Below, piece after piece: positions 1 to 8,560 of a stretch of DNA of 64,000 nt. The translations under genes were made by a program, and so were the position numbers. Source of the stretch: Candidatus Pacearchaeota archaeon. GTDB taxonomy: Archaea; Nanobdellota; Nanobdellia; Pacearchaeales; GW2011-AR1. Numbering within the stretch: the stretch's first letter is position 1; the number at the start of each line of letters is the position of its first letter. The stretch spans positions 465-64,464 of the forward strand of contig JAFCFJ010000008.1 of NCBI GenBank assembly GCA_017608705.1, written 5' to 3'. The notes below the pieces were generated by a model that was not told the origin of the DNA, made no database searches, and was given only the letters and a program-made list of their open reading frames with translations.

Positions 1-414
1 CCAGTCAAAGCTGTGACCAAGACGTCTGAAAACACGGTCAGCATAGAGCTTCTCTACTTCTTGACTTTCTTTCATGCAAAGCTTTCGGAATTCTTCACGC
101 GATATTTTGCTCTTATCTATGTTATACTTTTCCTCCACATACTTTTCAGTTGGCAATCCATTGTCGTCGAAGCCAGGCGGAAAATAAACATTGTAGCCGA
201 GTTGTCTCATAATTCGTGCTATAATCTCAAATTGCGTGTAACTTAGGGCATGCCCAACATGCAAGTGACCTGCTGACGCATATGGTGGCGGGGTATCAAT
301 GCTATAAACAGGTTTCTCACTTTTTGTATCAAATTTATAAATCTCGTGTTCTTCCCAAAACTTCCTTATGCGTTCTTCTACTTCTTTAGCATTATATTCT
401 TTTGGCAGTTGCAT
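1..414 (-). CDS. valS: Valyl-tRNA synthetase, N-terminal part. The gene runs off the left edge of the window.
   Basis: Minus-strand translation from the ATG at 412-414 gives MQLPKEYNAKEVEERIRKFWEEHEIYKFDTKSEKPVYSIDTPPPYASAGHLHVGHALSYTQFEIIARIMRQLGYNVYFPPGFDDNGLPTE. The HxGH motif and GxDDNGLPTE are characteristic of archaeal class I ValRS. It is absent from the ORF track because it is truncated by the window edge. Confidence 0.8.
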   Translation of the reverse strand, partial: MQLPKEYNAKEVEERIRKFWEEHEIYKFDTKSEKPVYSIDTPPPYASAGHLHVGHALSYTQFEIIARIMRQLGYNVYFPPGFDDNGLPTEKYVEEKYNIDKSKISREEFRKLCMKESQEVEKLYADRVFRRLGHSFDW

Positions 415-506
415 GCTTTTTCCATAGCGTGATGGTTTAAAATTTTTATGATACTTACCTTCCTGGTTTCAACAAATTTATAATCTTCAAATATGGGATT
501 TTTGCT

Positions 507-1103
507 ATGGTTACAAAGCAAGAAAAAGCCTTGCTTGCGCTCACACGTTTGTATCGTTATTATGGCAAGAGAAAGCGGTTGGTTGCTCAACAGCACGAGC
601 TATGGAAGGTTGTCATAGCCACGATTCTTAGCGCAAGAACTCGCGATGAAACTACCGCTGTTGTTTGGCCCTCACTCACAGATTTGGCAAGAGCAAAACC
701 GCGAGAGGTGATGAAAGTGATAAGGCCTATTGGTTTCTACAGGCAGAAGGCACGCTATGTCCTAGAGGTTGCGAGGCTCATTGCTGAGCAAGGAGTGCCA
801 CAAACCCGCGACCAGCTGATGAAATTGCCTGGTGTTGGGCGCAAGACTGCAAACATAATTCTCTCAGCAATGGGCAAGCCAGCTATTGCTGTTGATACAC
901 ATGTCCATAAGATCGCGAATAGGCTTGGTCTGGCTGACACGAGAAAACCTGTTGAGACAGAGACACAGCTTATGAAATTATTGCCAAAGCGCTACTGGAA
1001 TAAAATTAACTACATTTTTGTGATTCATGGCAAAACACTCTGCAAGAGAAAGCCAAGATGCGATGTTTGTCCTTTACACGACATATGTGATTTTGCCAGC
1101 TAA
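507..1103 (+). CDS. nth: Endonuclease III (HhH-GPD DNA glycosylase with a 4Fe-4S cluster)
   Basis: 198-aa ORF. HhH motif LPGVGRKTANIIL, and a C-terminal Cys cluster CKRKPRCDVCPLHDIC (C-x6-C-x2-C-x5-C). Confidence 0.9.
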   Translation: MVTKQEKALLALTRLYRYYGKRKRLVAQQHELWKVVIATILSARTRDETTAVVWPSLTDLARAKPREVMKVIRPIGFYRQKARYVLEVARLIAEQGVPQTRDQLMKLPGVGRKTANIILSAMGKPAIAVDTHVHKIANRLGLADTRKPVETETQLMKLLPKRYWNKINYIFVIHGKTLCKRKPRCDVCPLHDICDFAS

Positions 1104-1620
1104 GTTTCTTCAGCCTCCCCACGCTTCTTAGCAGTTCTTCTTGGTTGCCTGATGGCAAATCTGCACGACCTACTGAGTTGTTGCCAAACCACGTATCGCC
1201 AGAAAATAAAATCTTTTGTTTTGGCTCAAAAATAGCAATAGAGCCGTCTGTATGGCCTGGCACTTCAATGATTTCCAGCATGAATTTGCCTGTGCTTAGC
1301 CTATCGCCATCTTTTAGTGTGGCATCAATATTGCAAGGCAGAATTTTCTTTGGCGAGAGCCACGAAAGTGTTTTTTCACTCAGGGTTTCTACAGCTTCAC
1401 GCTCGTTTGCATGGCACAAAACCTTACAGCCATACCTCTGCTTGAGCTCGTGAAGATACATGATGTGATCAAAATGACAGTGCGTTAATATGATAAGATC
1501 AACATGCTTGTTGATGAGAGTGCCAGCATCTATCAAAACCTTCACCTTGTCATCTATGTAATATGTCAGAGCACCGCTCTCGCTCTGGAGGCAAAATATT
1601 CTATCTGTTATTTTTCTCAT
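1006..1620 (-). CDS. Metallo-beta-lactamase fold hydrolase
   Basis: THCHFDH (HxHxDH) motif, and downstream GHTDGS and SGDT. Start taken at MRKITDRIF. The 3' end overlaps nth convergently by about 100 nt, and the C-terminus is divergent. Confidence 0.7.
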   Translation of the reverse strand: MRKITDRIFCLQSESGALTYYIDDKVKVLIDAGTLINKHVDLIILTHCHFDHIMYLHELKQRYGCKVLCHANEREAVETLSEKTLSWLSPKKILPCNIDATLKDGDRLSTGKFMLEIIEVPGHTDGSIAIFEPKQKILFSGDTWFGNNSVGRADLPSGNQEELLRSVGRLKKLSWQNHICRVKDKHRILAFSCRVFCHESQKCS

Positions 1621-1670
1621 AACCGCTAGAAAGAGCAAAACTTTTTATACTCTTCTCTCTGCCTGTTTGT

Positions 1671-1829
1671 ATGGCAGAAAGAATAAGTATGCCAGCAGGT
1701 TTTGGCGGCCTGCTTCGTTATGATGAGGAGTACCGCAGCAAATTCTTGCTGAAGCCAGCACATGTTATAGGATTTGTCATAGCTGTAATCTTGTTTGTTA
1801 GCTTACTAAGAATTTTTAGGCCAGTCTAA
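1671..1829 (+). CDS. Preprotein translocase Sec61 beta subunit. This is a small 52-aa ORF that is not in the ORF track.
   Basis: Translation is MAERISMPAGFGGLLRYDEEYRSKFLLKPAHVIGFVIAVILFVSLLRIFRPV. The conserved GGLxRYxEE motif followed by a single C-terminal TM helix is typical of archaeal Sec61-beta. It sits directly upstream of the NAC-alpha gene, with its stop adjacent to that ATG. Confidence 0.7.
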   Translation: MAERISMPAGFGGLLRYDEEYRSKFLLKPAHVIGFVIAVILFVSLLRIFRPV

Positions 1830-1830
1830 G

Positions 1831-2178
1831 ATGTTTCTTCCAGGAATAGATCCGCGTAGGATGCAAGATATGCTCAGGAAGCTCGGCATAAAGCAGGAGC
1901 CTGTTGATGCAGAACGTGTAATTATCGAAAAGAGTGATGGCAGACTCGTGATTGAAAAACCACAAGTTTTTCGGGTGATGATGCAAGGACAGGAGAGTTG
2001 GCAGATCACCGGCGAGGTAAGAGAAGAAACAAAAGAAGAGGCTGAGGAAGAGCAAGTAAGCGAGCAAGATATAAAGCTTGTTATGGGGAAAACAGGCAAA
2101 TCACGTGAGGAAGCGTTGCGCGCGTTGAAAAAGCATGGTGGTGATATAGCAAGCGCAATTCTCGAGCTTTCTTCTTAG
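1831..2178 (+). CDS. nac: Nascent polypeptide-associated complex alpha subunit (NAC domain plus C-terminal UBA)
   Basis: 115 aa. NAC domain VIIEKSDGRLVIEKPQVFRV, and a C-terminal UBA-like segment EEALRALKKHGGDIASAILEL. Confidence 0.9.
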   Translation: MFLPGIDPRRMQDMLRKLGIKQEPVDAERVIIEKSDGRLVIEKPQVFRVMMQGQESWQITGEVREETKEEAEEEQVSEQDIKLVMGKTGKSREEALRALKKHGGDIASAILELSS

Positions 2179-2263
2179 CTGAATTTTTATAGCTTTAACA
2201 GTTTATGAAACAGAAATTTTATTAATCCCGCTTTCTTCCTTTGCTCAGACTAAGGGAAAGCAA

Positions 2264-2740
2264 ATGGTAGAAAAATTTGTGGAATATCTGAGTAAAGCTT
2301 CTCAGCTGCTGCATCGCGCAGATCACATGCTCTATATGACCTATCCACTTGTGAAAGATAAGCGTTTACTGCTTAAAATTATCGAGGATCTTGGAGAAGC
2401 TATGGTTAGCATGATAAACTCTGTCTTGCAATATGACTATTTATACAAGAGGATAGAGCTTTACAAGAATGCGAGGGAAAATTTCGAAACTTTCAGGCAA
2501 AACTGCGCGCCACGTTACGGAATTACTTCTGAGGAGGTAAATAAAATTACAGAGTTGCTAAAAATAATGCAAAGGCACAGAGAGAGTCCAATGGAATTCA
2601 TGAAGAAGGACCATCTTGTTATAATGTCAAACAATAGCGCGAGGACAGAAGTGATAACTGTGGATAAGATCAAAGAGTTCTTGCTTGTTGCCAAGGATGT
2701 GCTTGGTAAGGTGGAGAGAAAAATTATGAAAAGAAGTTAG
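2264..2740 (+). CDS. Hypothetical protein, paralog A of the 3694-4134 ORF
   Basis: 158-aa ORF. Shares an ADH(M/L)(L/F)Y...LLKII/VILNLI N-terminal block and a C-terminal EF(M/R)KK..L(V/K)..... block with the ORF at 3694. Confidence 0.5.
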   Translation: MVEKFVEYLSKASQLLHRADHMLYMTYPLVKDKRLLLKIIEDLGEAMVSMINSVLQYDYLYKRIELYKNARENFETFRQNCAPRYGITSEEVNKITELLKIMQRHRESPMEFMKKDHLVIMSNNSARTEVITVDKIKEFLLVAKDVLGKVERKIMKRS

Positions 2741-3576
2741 GATGTCCAGAAAATATTGCCTTTGAGTTCCTCATAGAGCGCACCGCTACATACCTTTTCA
2801 TGGTTCTGTTCTATGTAATTTTCAAAATTTTCAAGTTCGTTGAGCGGAACAGCACATTCCATTTCTTTTCCTTCCCATGACTTAAGGAGGTTGTTTTTTG
2901 TGCAGACCAGTGTTATGATACATTTATCATCCATCTTGCCCTCTACACTCTCTACATATTCTATGTTTATGAAAATTTCAGTTTTGCCAAATAGCAATTT
3001 TTGCGTCACATTTATCGTTGCCATTGCAGGACTACACGTCTTTACCTTCTCTAAGAAACATTCGTGTGAGCCATCACAATCGTAATAGCTTACATTCTCT
3101 TGTGGTAATTCTTGTGGAGGGGTTGTTATATTGGTTTCATTCATCGCCGGCATGGTTGTTTTGTTTTTTTCATTATCGTTCTGTTTACTGGTCGGTACTG
3201 TTGTTTTGGCAGAGCCACTGGCAGGAACCTTCATCGCGTTTCCGCTAGCATTCTTTATTGGCTCGTTCTCCCCTCTCTTGTTTTCCTCTTGTAAGAGCAA
3301 TAATGCTATGGTCCCCGCCGTGAATACGAGAAAAACAAGAATTAGTGTGATGAATAGTGGGGCTTTCTTTCTCCTTATTGTTATGTCATCAAACTCTTTG
3401 GTTGTCTTTTCATGATCCTCTGCCTTTTCCTTACTCTCGCTTGTTACGGCAGAAAACGCAGCTTCGATCTCAGCTTCGGGCTAGCCTATGGAAAGAAGAG
3501 CATTCTTTATCTTGGCTGGAGGCACACCACGAGCAAGGTTTGTTTTTATATATCTGATTAGCCTCGAGTTTGTCAT
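2737..3576 (-). pseudogene. Membrane-anchored Cys-rich protein interrupted by an in-frame TAG at 3481-3483
   Basis: ATG at 3574-3576 gives MTNSRLIRYIKTNLARGVPPAKIKNALLSIG, then TAG, then in the same frame PEAEIEAAF...KKAPLFITLILVFLVFTAGTIALLLLQEENKRG (a TM helix) followed by a Cys-rich ectodomain. The ORF track only shows the downstream part (2737..3300), starting from a TTG inside the TM helix. Confidence 0.6.
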
Positions 3577-3693
3577 TCTGATGGGCTAGCTATGTGAGGG
3601 TGGTATAAAAAGTTTATTTTGATGAAAAAAATTTAAAAAGAGTAATAACATAAGATATAAAAATCTCAGCTCCTTAAGAATTCTTGCCCAAAA

Positions 3694-4134
3694 ATGTTGG
3701 AAGAAATAATAAAGCAGAAGACAAGTGCTGATCATCTATTTTATGTTAGCCTTAAGTATACAAAGACATGTGATGTCATTCTTAACCTTATCGCAAGGTG
3801 GCGGAGCATGATAGAATTATGCATAGATGCTTTGCTTGAAAAGGCTAAGAAAAAAAAGAAGATAAAGGAAATTCCAATGGCACCACGTTTGAAGATAAAT
3901 CTTGTGAGAGAAATTTACAAAAAAGATCAGGTTGTTCAAGACACATTAGAACTTTTTGAATTTTTTCGCAGAATCGAGGGGCTTGAAAAAGCAAAAGAAA
4001 ATGAATTTAGGAAAAATGTAACGCTCAAAGTTTTTGATAAAGATAGGGTAGTTTTGATAAATATGGAAAAATTGGAGGAATATGCTGAGCTGCTAGAAAA
4101 ATTTATAAGAGTGGTTAAGCAAGAACTCACGTAG
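3694..4134 (+). CDS. Hypothetical protein, paralog B, immediately upstream of MinD
   Basis: 146 aa. Paralogous to the 2264-2740 ORF. Its stop lies 6 nt before the minD ATG, which suggests co-transcription. Confidence 0.5.
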   Translation: MLEEIIKQKTSADHLFYVSLKYTKTCDVILNLIARWRSMIELCIDALLEKAKKKKKIKEIPMAPRLKINLVREIYKKDQVVQDTLELFEFFRRIEGLEKAKENEFRKNVTLKVFDKDRVVLINMEKLEEYAELLEKFIRVVKQELT

Positions 4135-4139
4135 CTGAA

Positions 4140-4925
4140 ATGGGAAAAGTATACACGATAACGTCTGGTAAGGGTGGGGTTGGCAAAACCACTACTGCCA
4201 TAAATCTTGCTGCTGTTATCAATGAGCTTGGTCATGATGTTTTGCTTATAGACGCTAATCTCGAGACACCAAATGTCGGATTACATTTCGGTGCTCCAGT
4301 TGTACCCGTTTCTCTTAATCATGTGCTGAGTGGCGAGGCAGAGTTGCATGATGCTATATATGAACATGATAGTGGTGTTAAGGTTATGCCCGCCTCAATC
4401 TCGTTGCATGACTTGAAGGATTTGGAAATTGGAGAAATAGGGGAAATAATAAAGAAGGTAAGAAAGCATGCTGAATATGTAATCGTGGATTCTGCCCCTG
4501 GGCTTGGTGATGGGGTTCTGGCTGCAATGAAGCGGAGTGATGAAGTGCTTGTTGTTACAAATCCAAACATACTATCTGTGACTGATGCGCTCAAGGTTGT
4601 CAAGTTAGCTGAGGAGCTTGGGGCCAATGTTTGTGGAACAGTTGTTAATCGTGTTAAGAGAAGCAAAAATGAGATGTCCATAGACAATATAAAAGAGATG
4701 CTTGAGAGGCCAATTGTGGGTGTGGTGCCTGAGGATAGGTGTGTGGAGCATGCACTGGCAAAGAAAGAGGCTGTTGTGCACGCATTTCCAAAGAGCAGAG
4801 CGACAAGAGCATATTATGAGATCGTTTCAAAACTTCTTGGTAGGAGGTATGCAAAGAAACTTGCAGAAGAAGAAAAGCAAGGCATGTTTAGGCGTGTGCT
4901 CAGAGCATTCGGATTTGGACATTAA
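4140..4925 (+). CDS. minD: MinD/ParA-family P-loop ATPase (archaeal MinD-like)
   Basis: Deviant Walker A TSGKGGVGKTTTAINLA, and a Walker B hydrophobic stretch ending in D (VIVDSAPG). 261 aa. Confidence 0.85.
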   Translation: MGKVYTITSGKGGVGKTTTAINLAAVINELGHDVLLIDANLETPNVGLHFGAPVVPVSLNHVLSGEAELHDAIYEHDSGVKVMPASISLHDLKDLEIGEIGEIIKKVRKHAEYVIVDSAPGLGDGVLAAMKRSDEVLVVTNPNILSVTDALKVVKLAEELGANVCGTVVNRVKRSKNEMSIDNIKEMLERPIVGVVPEDRCVEHALAKKEAVVHAFPKSRATRAYYEIVSKLLGRRYAKKLAEEEKQGMFRRVLRAFGFGH

Positions 4926-4972
4926 GCTTTTTTCTTACGCCTCTCATGTTTAGCTTGATATTAGAATTCTGA

Positions 4973-5045
4973 TGGGCCCGCCAGGATTCGAACCTGGGAC
5001 CTTCGCCACGTCAAGGCGACGTCATAGCCACTAGACCACGGGCCC
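4973..5045 (-). tRNA. tRNA-Val (anticodon GAC)
   Basis: Reverse complement GGGCCCGTGGTCTAGTGGCTATGACGTCGCCTTGACGTGGCGAAGGTCCCAGGTTCGAATCCTGGCGGGCCCA. The cloverleaf has a 7-bp acceptor stem and a GGTTCGAATCC T-arm. Anticodon loop is TTGACGT. Confidence 0.85.
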
Positions 5046-5098
5046 TTTTTACAGGCAGATATGATAGAAATTTAAAGTTTGCGTTTTTGGTTTTCCTG

Positions 5099-5548
5099 CT
5101 ATTGCTCTAGTGTCTCCTGTTCAGCTGGTTCAAAAGCTATGAGGTTTAAACCTATCTCTTCAGAGAACTCGCGTTCTGCTTGCATCTCAAATACGAGAAT
5201 TATGATTTCTGTTGTGGCTCCAACTATAGCTTCGACAAGATGACCAGCATAACTTCCGAAGTTTCGTGTGCCAAGCACGACATGAATATGCAAATAGACT
5301 TCTCCGTCTTTTGTTGTTACATTACCATTCAGACTCGCGATCTCACAGGGTTCATCAACAATTTTTTCCTCCGCCCTTTTCTCTTGCTGGTTGAAATAGT
5401 AGAGCTTTGCCCTCGCGACCGCGCCAACACCGCTTACGAGACCGGTTTTTATTTGCTCTTTCTCACACACCTCTTTGATCTTGGCTATAATTTCTTCTCC
5501 TTTATCTATCCTTACTATCACAACATTTCCTTCGCGTTTGTATTCCAT
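5099..5548 (-). CDS. PPC-domain (DUF296) DNA-binding protein
   Basis: 149 aa. The LHIHVVLG...GHL pattern is typical of the PPC/DUF296 fold. Confidence 0.6.
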   Translation of the reverse strand: MEYKREGNVVIVRIDKGEEIIAKIKEVCEKEQIKTGLVSGVGAVARAKLYYFNQQEKRAEEKIVDEPCEIASLNGNVTTKDGEVYLHIHVVLGTRNFGSYAGHLVEAIVGATTEIIILVFEMQAEREFSEEIGLNLIAFEPAEQETLEQ

Positions 5549-5575
5549 TTTCTAGGACTGGATTGCGTTCGTTAG

Positions 5576-7402
5576 CTATGCTATTTTGCTTCCTAGCTCG
5601 ATATCCTTTTCAGGCTGGAGCAACACTACATGCTTGCTGTCTTCACTTACAGCAGCCAAAATCATGCCTTCGCTCTTCACACCACGGATCACTGCTGGCT
5701 CAAGATTGCAAAACACAACACACAGCTTGCCGAGTAGTTCTTCAGGTTTGTAGTATGGTTTCAGTCCTGCAACAAGCTTCCGCCTTTCACTGCCTAGGTC
5801 TACTTCAAGTATGTAGAGTTTGTCTGCATTCTCATGCTCTTGCACATTTATGATCTTACCAACTCGCAAATCCAGCTTTTGCCATTCCTTAAATTTTATT
5901 GTTTCACCCATTTTCTTGTTTTTCACCTCGCTTTGTTTTTCTTTATTAGTCTCCGAAGGAAGATTATAAATTTTTTTGAACAATACAGCTGTCTTTTTAA
6001 TTTTTACCTTATCGCTTAGCATGCTGTTCAGCTGTTTATATGTGATTTCGAATCCGAAGGCATGAGCTATTTTCTCTGACGTGGCAGGCAGGAATGGCCA
6101 CAACAATATGGCTATAGCCTTGATGCTGTCCGCAAGCTCGTAGAGAACGCAAGCATCATGTGTTTCCCATGGTTTCTTCTCTTGGATGTAAAGATTGCAT
6201 TCATCTACGAAGTTGAATATCTTTGCTAGGGCTTTATCAATTCTGAACTCTTCCATATCTTTTTCTATTCCAGCAATATCGAGCTTTTTTACCAGTTTGT
6301 TTTCACATTGTTTCATTCCGTATCTCTCTATCATGGCTGAGACACGCGAGATGAGATTACCAAGCTTATCCGCGAGCTCATCATTGTGTCTTGCAATAAG
6401 CTCTTGCTCGCTGAAATCGCTGTCCTTGTCATAGGGCATTTTTGCCAGATAATAGCGTAGAGTTTCTGTACCGTACTTGTCAATTATCTCGAAGGGAGAA
6501 ACCACATTACCCTCGGTTTTGCTCATCTTCGCCCCTTTTATGTTTATATAGCCATGCACGAGCACTCTCTTCGGCAATTCTATTCCTGCAGCAAGGAGCA
6601 AGGCAGGCCATATTACGCTGTGAAACCAGTTTATGCCCTTACCTATCACATGCAGGTCTGCTGGCCAATACTTCTTGAATTTATCGTTGTTAGGCCAGCC
6701 AAGTGCAGAAATATAATTAGAGAGAGCATCAATCCACACATATATCCTATGCTCAGAATCGAAAGGCACAGGAATTCCCCACGTTGCTTTGTAACGACTT
6801 ACGCATAGATCCTTCAGCGGTTCGTTGAGTCTTGCCAACATCTCGTTAGCTTTTTCTCTTGGCACAACAAATCCTTTCTTAAGCAATTCCTTAATTTTGT
6901 CCTGGAACTCGCTGAGCCTGAAAAAATATGCTGGCTCCTCGATGTAGTCTGGCTTTGTCTTGTGTTCAGGGCATTTGCCATCAACAAGGTCTTTTTCTGT
7001 TAGATAGGCTTCACAGCCATAGCAGTAGAGGCCACGGTATGTGCCCTTGTAAATATAGCCTTTCTCGTGCAATAGCTTGAAAAGTTCCTGCGCAGCTTTT
7101 ACATGTCTTTCCTCTGTAGTTCGTATGAAATCATTATTGCTTAGGTTTAGCTTTTTTGCCAGCTCGAGAAATCGCATTGCGTTACTATCCACAAAACTTC
7201 GGACGTCTTTACCAGCTTGTTCAGCAGCTTTTACATTTTTCTGCGCGTTTTCGTCTGTGCCTGTAAGGAAAAATACATCCTCGCCACGAAGTCTGTGCCA
7301 TCTTGCTATGATATCGGCAAAAATTTTTTCATAGGCATGGCCAATATGGGGCTCTGCATTGACATAGTCTATTGCTGTTGTTATGTAAAACTTGCTTGTC
7401 AT
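5576..7402 (-). CDS. metG: Methionyl-tRNA synthetase with a C-terminal tRNA-binding (EMAP/Trbp111-like) domain
   Basis: 608 aa. HIGH motif (PHIGHAYE), KMSKS motif (AKMSKTEGN), and a C-terminal OB domain LDLRVGKIINVQEHENADKLYILEVDLG. Confidence 0.95.
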   Translation of the reverse strand: MTSKFYITTAIDYVNAEPHIGHAYEKIFADIIARWHRLRGEDVFFLTGTDENAQKNVKAAEQAGKDVRSFVDSNAMRFLELAKKLNLSNNDFIRTTEERHVKAAQELFKLLHEKGYIYKGTYRGLYCYGCEAYLTEKDLVDGKCPEHKTKPDYIEEPAYFFRLSEFQDKIKELLKKGFVVPREKANEMLARLNEPLKDLCVSRYKATWGIPVPFDSEHRIYVWIDALSNYISALGWPNNDKFKKYWPADLHVIGKGINWFHSVIWPALLLAAGIELPKRVLVHGYINIKGAKMSKTEGNVVSPFEIIDKYGTETLRYYLAKMPYDKDSDFSEQELIARHNDELADKLGNLISRVSAMIERYGMKQCENKLVKKLDIAGIEKDMEEFRIDKALAKIFNFVDECNLYIQEKKPWETHDACVLYELADSIKAIAILLWPFLPATSEKIAHAFGFEITYKQLNSMLSDKVKIKKTAVLFKKIYNLPSETNKEKQSEVKNKKMGETIKFKEWQKLDLRVGKIINVQEHENADKLYILEVDLGSERRKLVAGLKPYYKPEELLGKLCVVFCNLEPAVIRGVKSEGMILAAVSEDSKHVVLLQPEKDIELGSKIA

Positions 7403-7443
7403 AACTATGCATAGAGTTGCTTTGGTTAAAAATCTTTCCTAAA

Positions 7444-7926
7444 CTAGTCCTTAAGAAAAATGCTATGCTCTTCATACAGCGGAAATCTCTTTAGCCTGTC
7501 CCCTATTTCGAACAAATGCGGATAGATGGCGCTGGCTTGCTCTGGGCTGAAACCAAGCTCTTCAAGCACCTTGATGAAGTATTCATGCGGAATAGTTTCT
7601 TCAATCTGGACTACAAGATAGCTTGCTGTTTTTGTTTTCTCATTCTTAAGCATCTCATCAAGAATTTTGCTTTCTTTAGGGTAATTTTCTCTGAATTTAG
7701 CTATTGCACTTGCCTGTGCTGTTTGGTGATGAACACGCTTTCTGACTACTCTGATTTTTATTCCGTCGGTTTCCATCTTTCTCTTTACTATTTCAGCAAG
7801 AGATCTAGCTCTGTTTTTGACATTTGTGTAAAGTTTGTTACTTAGCGTTTCTGATGTAGCTTTGAATGTGTTGCCTACAGCCAATAACAATGCTATTTCT
7901 CTCGCATCTTTCGTCTCTTTCTCCAT
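7444..7926 (-). CDS. Hypothetical protein
   Basis: 160-aa ORF with no overlap on a better gene. No motif recognised. Confidence 0.4.
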   Translation of the reverse strand: MEKETKDAREIALLLAVGNTFKATSETLSNKLYTNVKNRARSLAEIVKRKMETDGIKIRVVRKRVHHQTAQASAIAKFRENYPKESKILDEMLKNEKTKTASYLVVQIEETIPHEYFIKVLEELGFSPEQASAIYPHLFEIGDRLKRFPLYEEHSIFLKD

Positions 7927-7996
7927 GCTTACATAATGCTGTGATTGTATAAAAATCTACCGACAAGTGAATAGTGAAATTATCGTGACAAATGAT

Positions 7997-8560
7997 TCAT
8001 TCGAGAAATGGCAATACTCTTACTTCCTCTATATCCTGGCCTATATGAAGCGTGTCGATCTCTATGGCTTCGTTTTCGAATAATTTCCTTATCTCCTCTA
8101 TAGCCTCTCTAACTTCGTGTTCGCCTTTATGGAAAAAGTTGAGAATACAGTGTGGCTTGTGTAAGTTGATCATTAGGCTGTTTATGTTCATTGATTTTTT
8201 GGCAAACTCTCTTATTTTTCTCTTGTTTTTTTCAGAGAACGTTCTGAAATTTATGAGAATATGCGTAATAAAGTAGCCTAGAGCAGACATATTGAATTGT
8301 ATTCTGTTTCCTAAGATAACCTTTTCTGCTTTCAGTTTTTTCAGTCTGTAGTGGGCAAGTTCTGCTGAGATACCAAGTTTTGTTGCGATATCTATAAGTT
8401 TTGTTCTTGCATCATCAGCCAGAATTTTCAGGATTCCTAAATCAATCTTGTCTAACTTTGCCTTTTTCCTTGTCTCTGGCGACACGACTATGTAGTCTTC
8501 CTTGCCTTGGTAGTTGAAGAACTTGAGAGGGTAAACCTCAATAAACTGGGGTTTTATCAA
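7997..8560 (-). CDS. lrp: Lrp/AsnC-family transcriptional regulator (HTH plus RAM domain). The intact C-terminal module of a tandem Lrp.
   Basis: HTH LDKIDLGILKILADDARTKLIDIATKLGISAELAHYRLKKL, then a RAM-like domain. There is no ATG near the N-terminus. The track start is a TTG, and a GTG at VVSPETRKKAK is also possible. The reading frame continues upstream into a decayed second Lrp module. Confidence 0.75.
   Translation of the reverse strand: MIKPQFIEVYPLKFFNYQGKEDYIVVSPETRKKAKLDKIDLGILKILADDARTKLIDIATKLGISAELAHYRLKKLKAEKVILGNRIQFNMSALGYFITHILINFRTFSEKNKRKIREFAKKSMNINSLMINLHKPHCILNFFHKGEHEVREAIEEIRKLFENEAIEIDTLHIGQDIEEVRVLPFLE

Noticed and set aside
13-596. ORFs 13-246(+) and 378-596(-) at the left edge
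   Set aside because: 13-246 is antisense to the partial valS. 378-596 overlaps both the valS start and the nth start with no recognisable motif. The valS call explains the region.
3481-3483. UAG as pyrrolysine
   Set aside because: No methylamine methyltransferase context and no pyl genes in the window. A TGG to TAG transition at a predicted Trp is the simpler explanation.
3478-3591. GGGCTAGC(C)TATG 13-mer occurring twice as a mobile-element footprint
   Set aside because: Only two copies 105 nt apart with no terminal inverted repeats or target duplications. Noted under the amber-codon finding but insufficient for a feature call.
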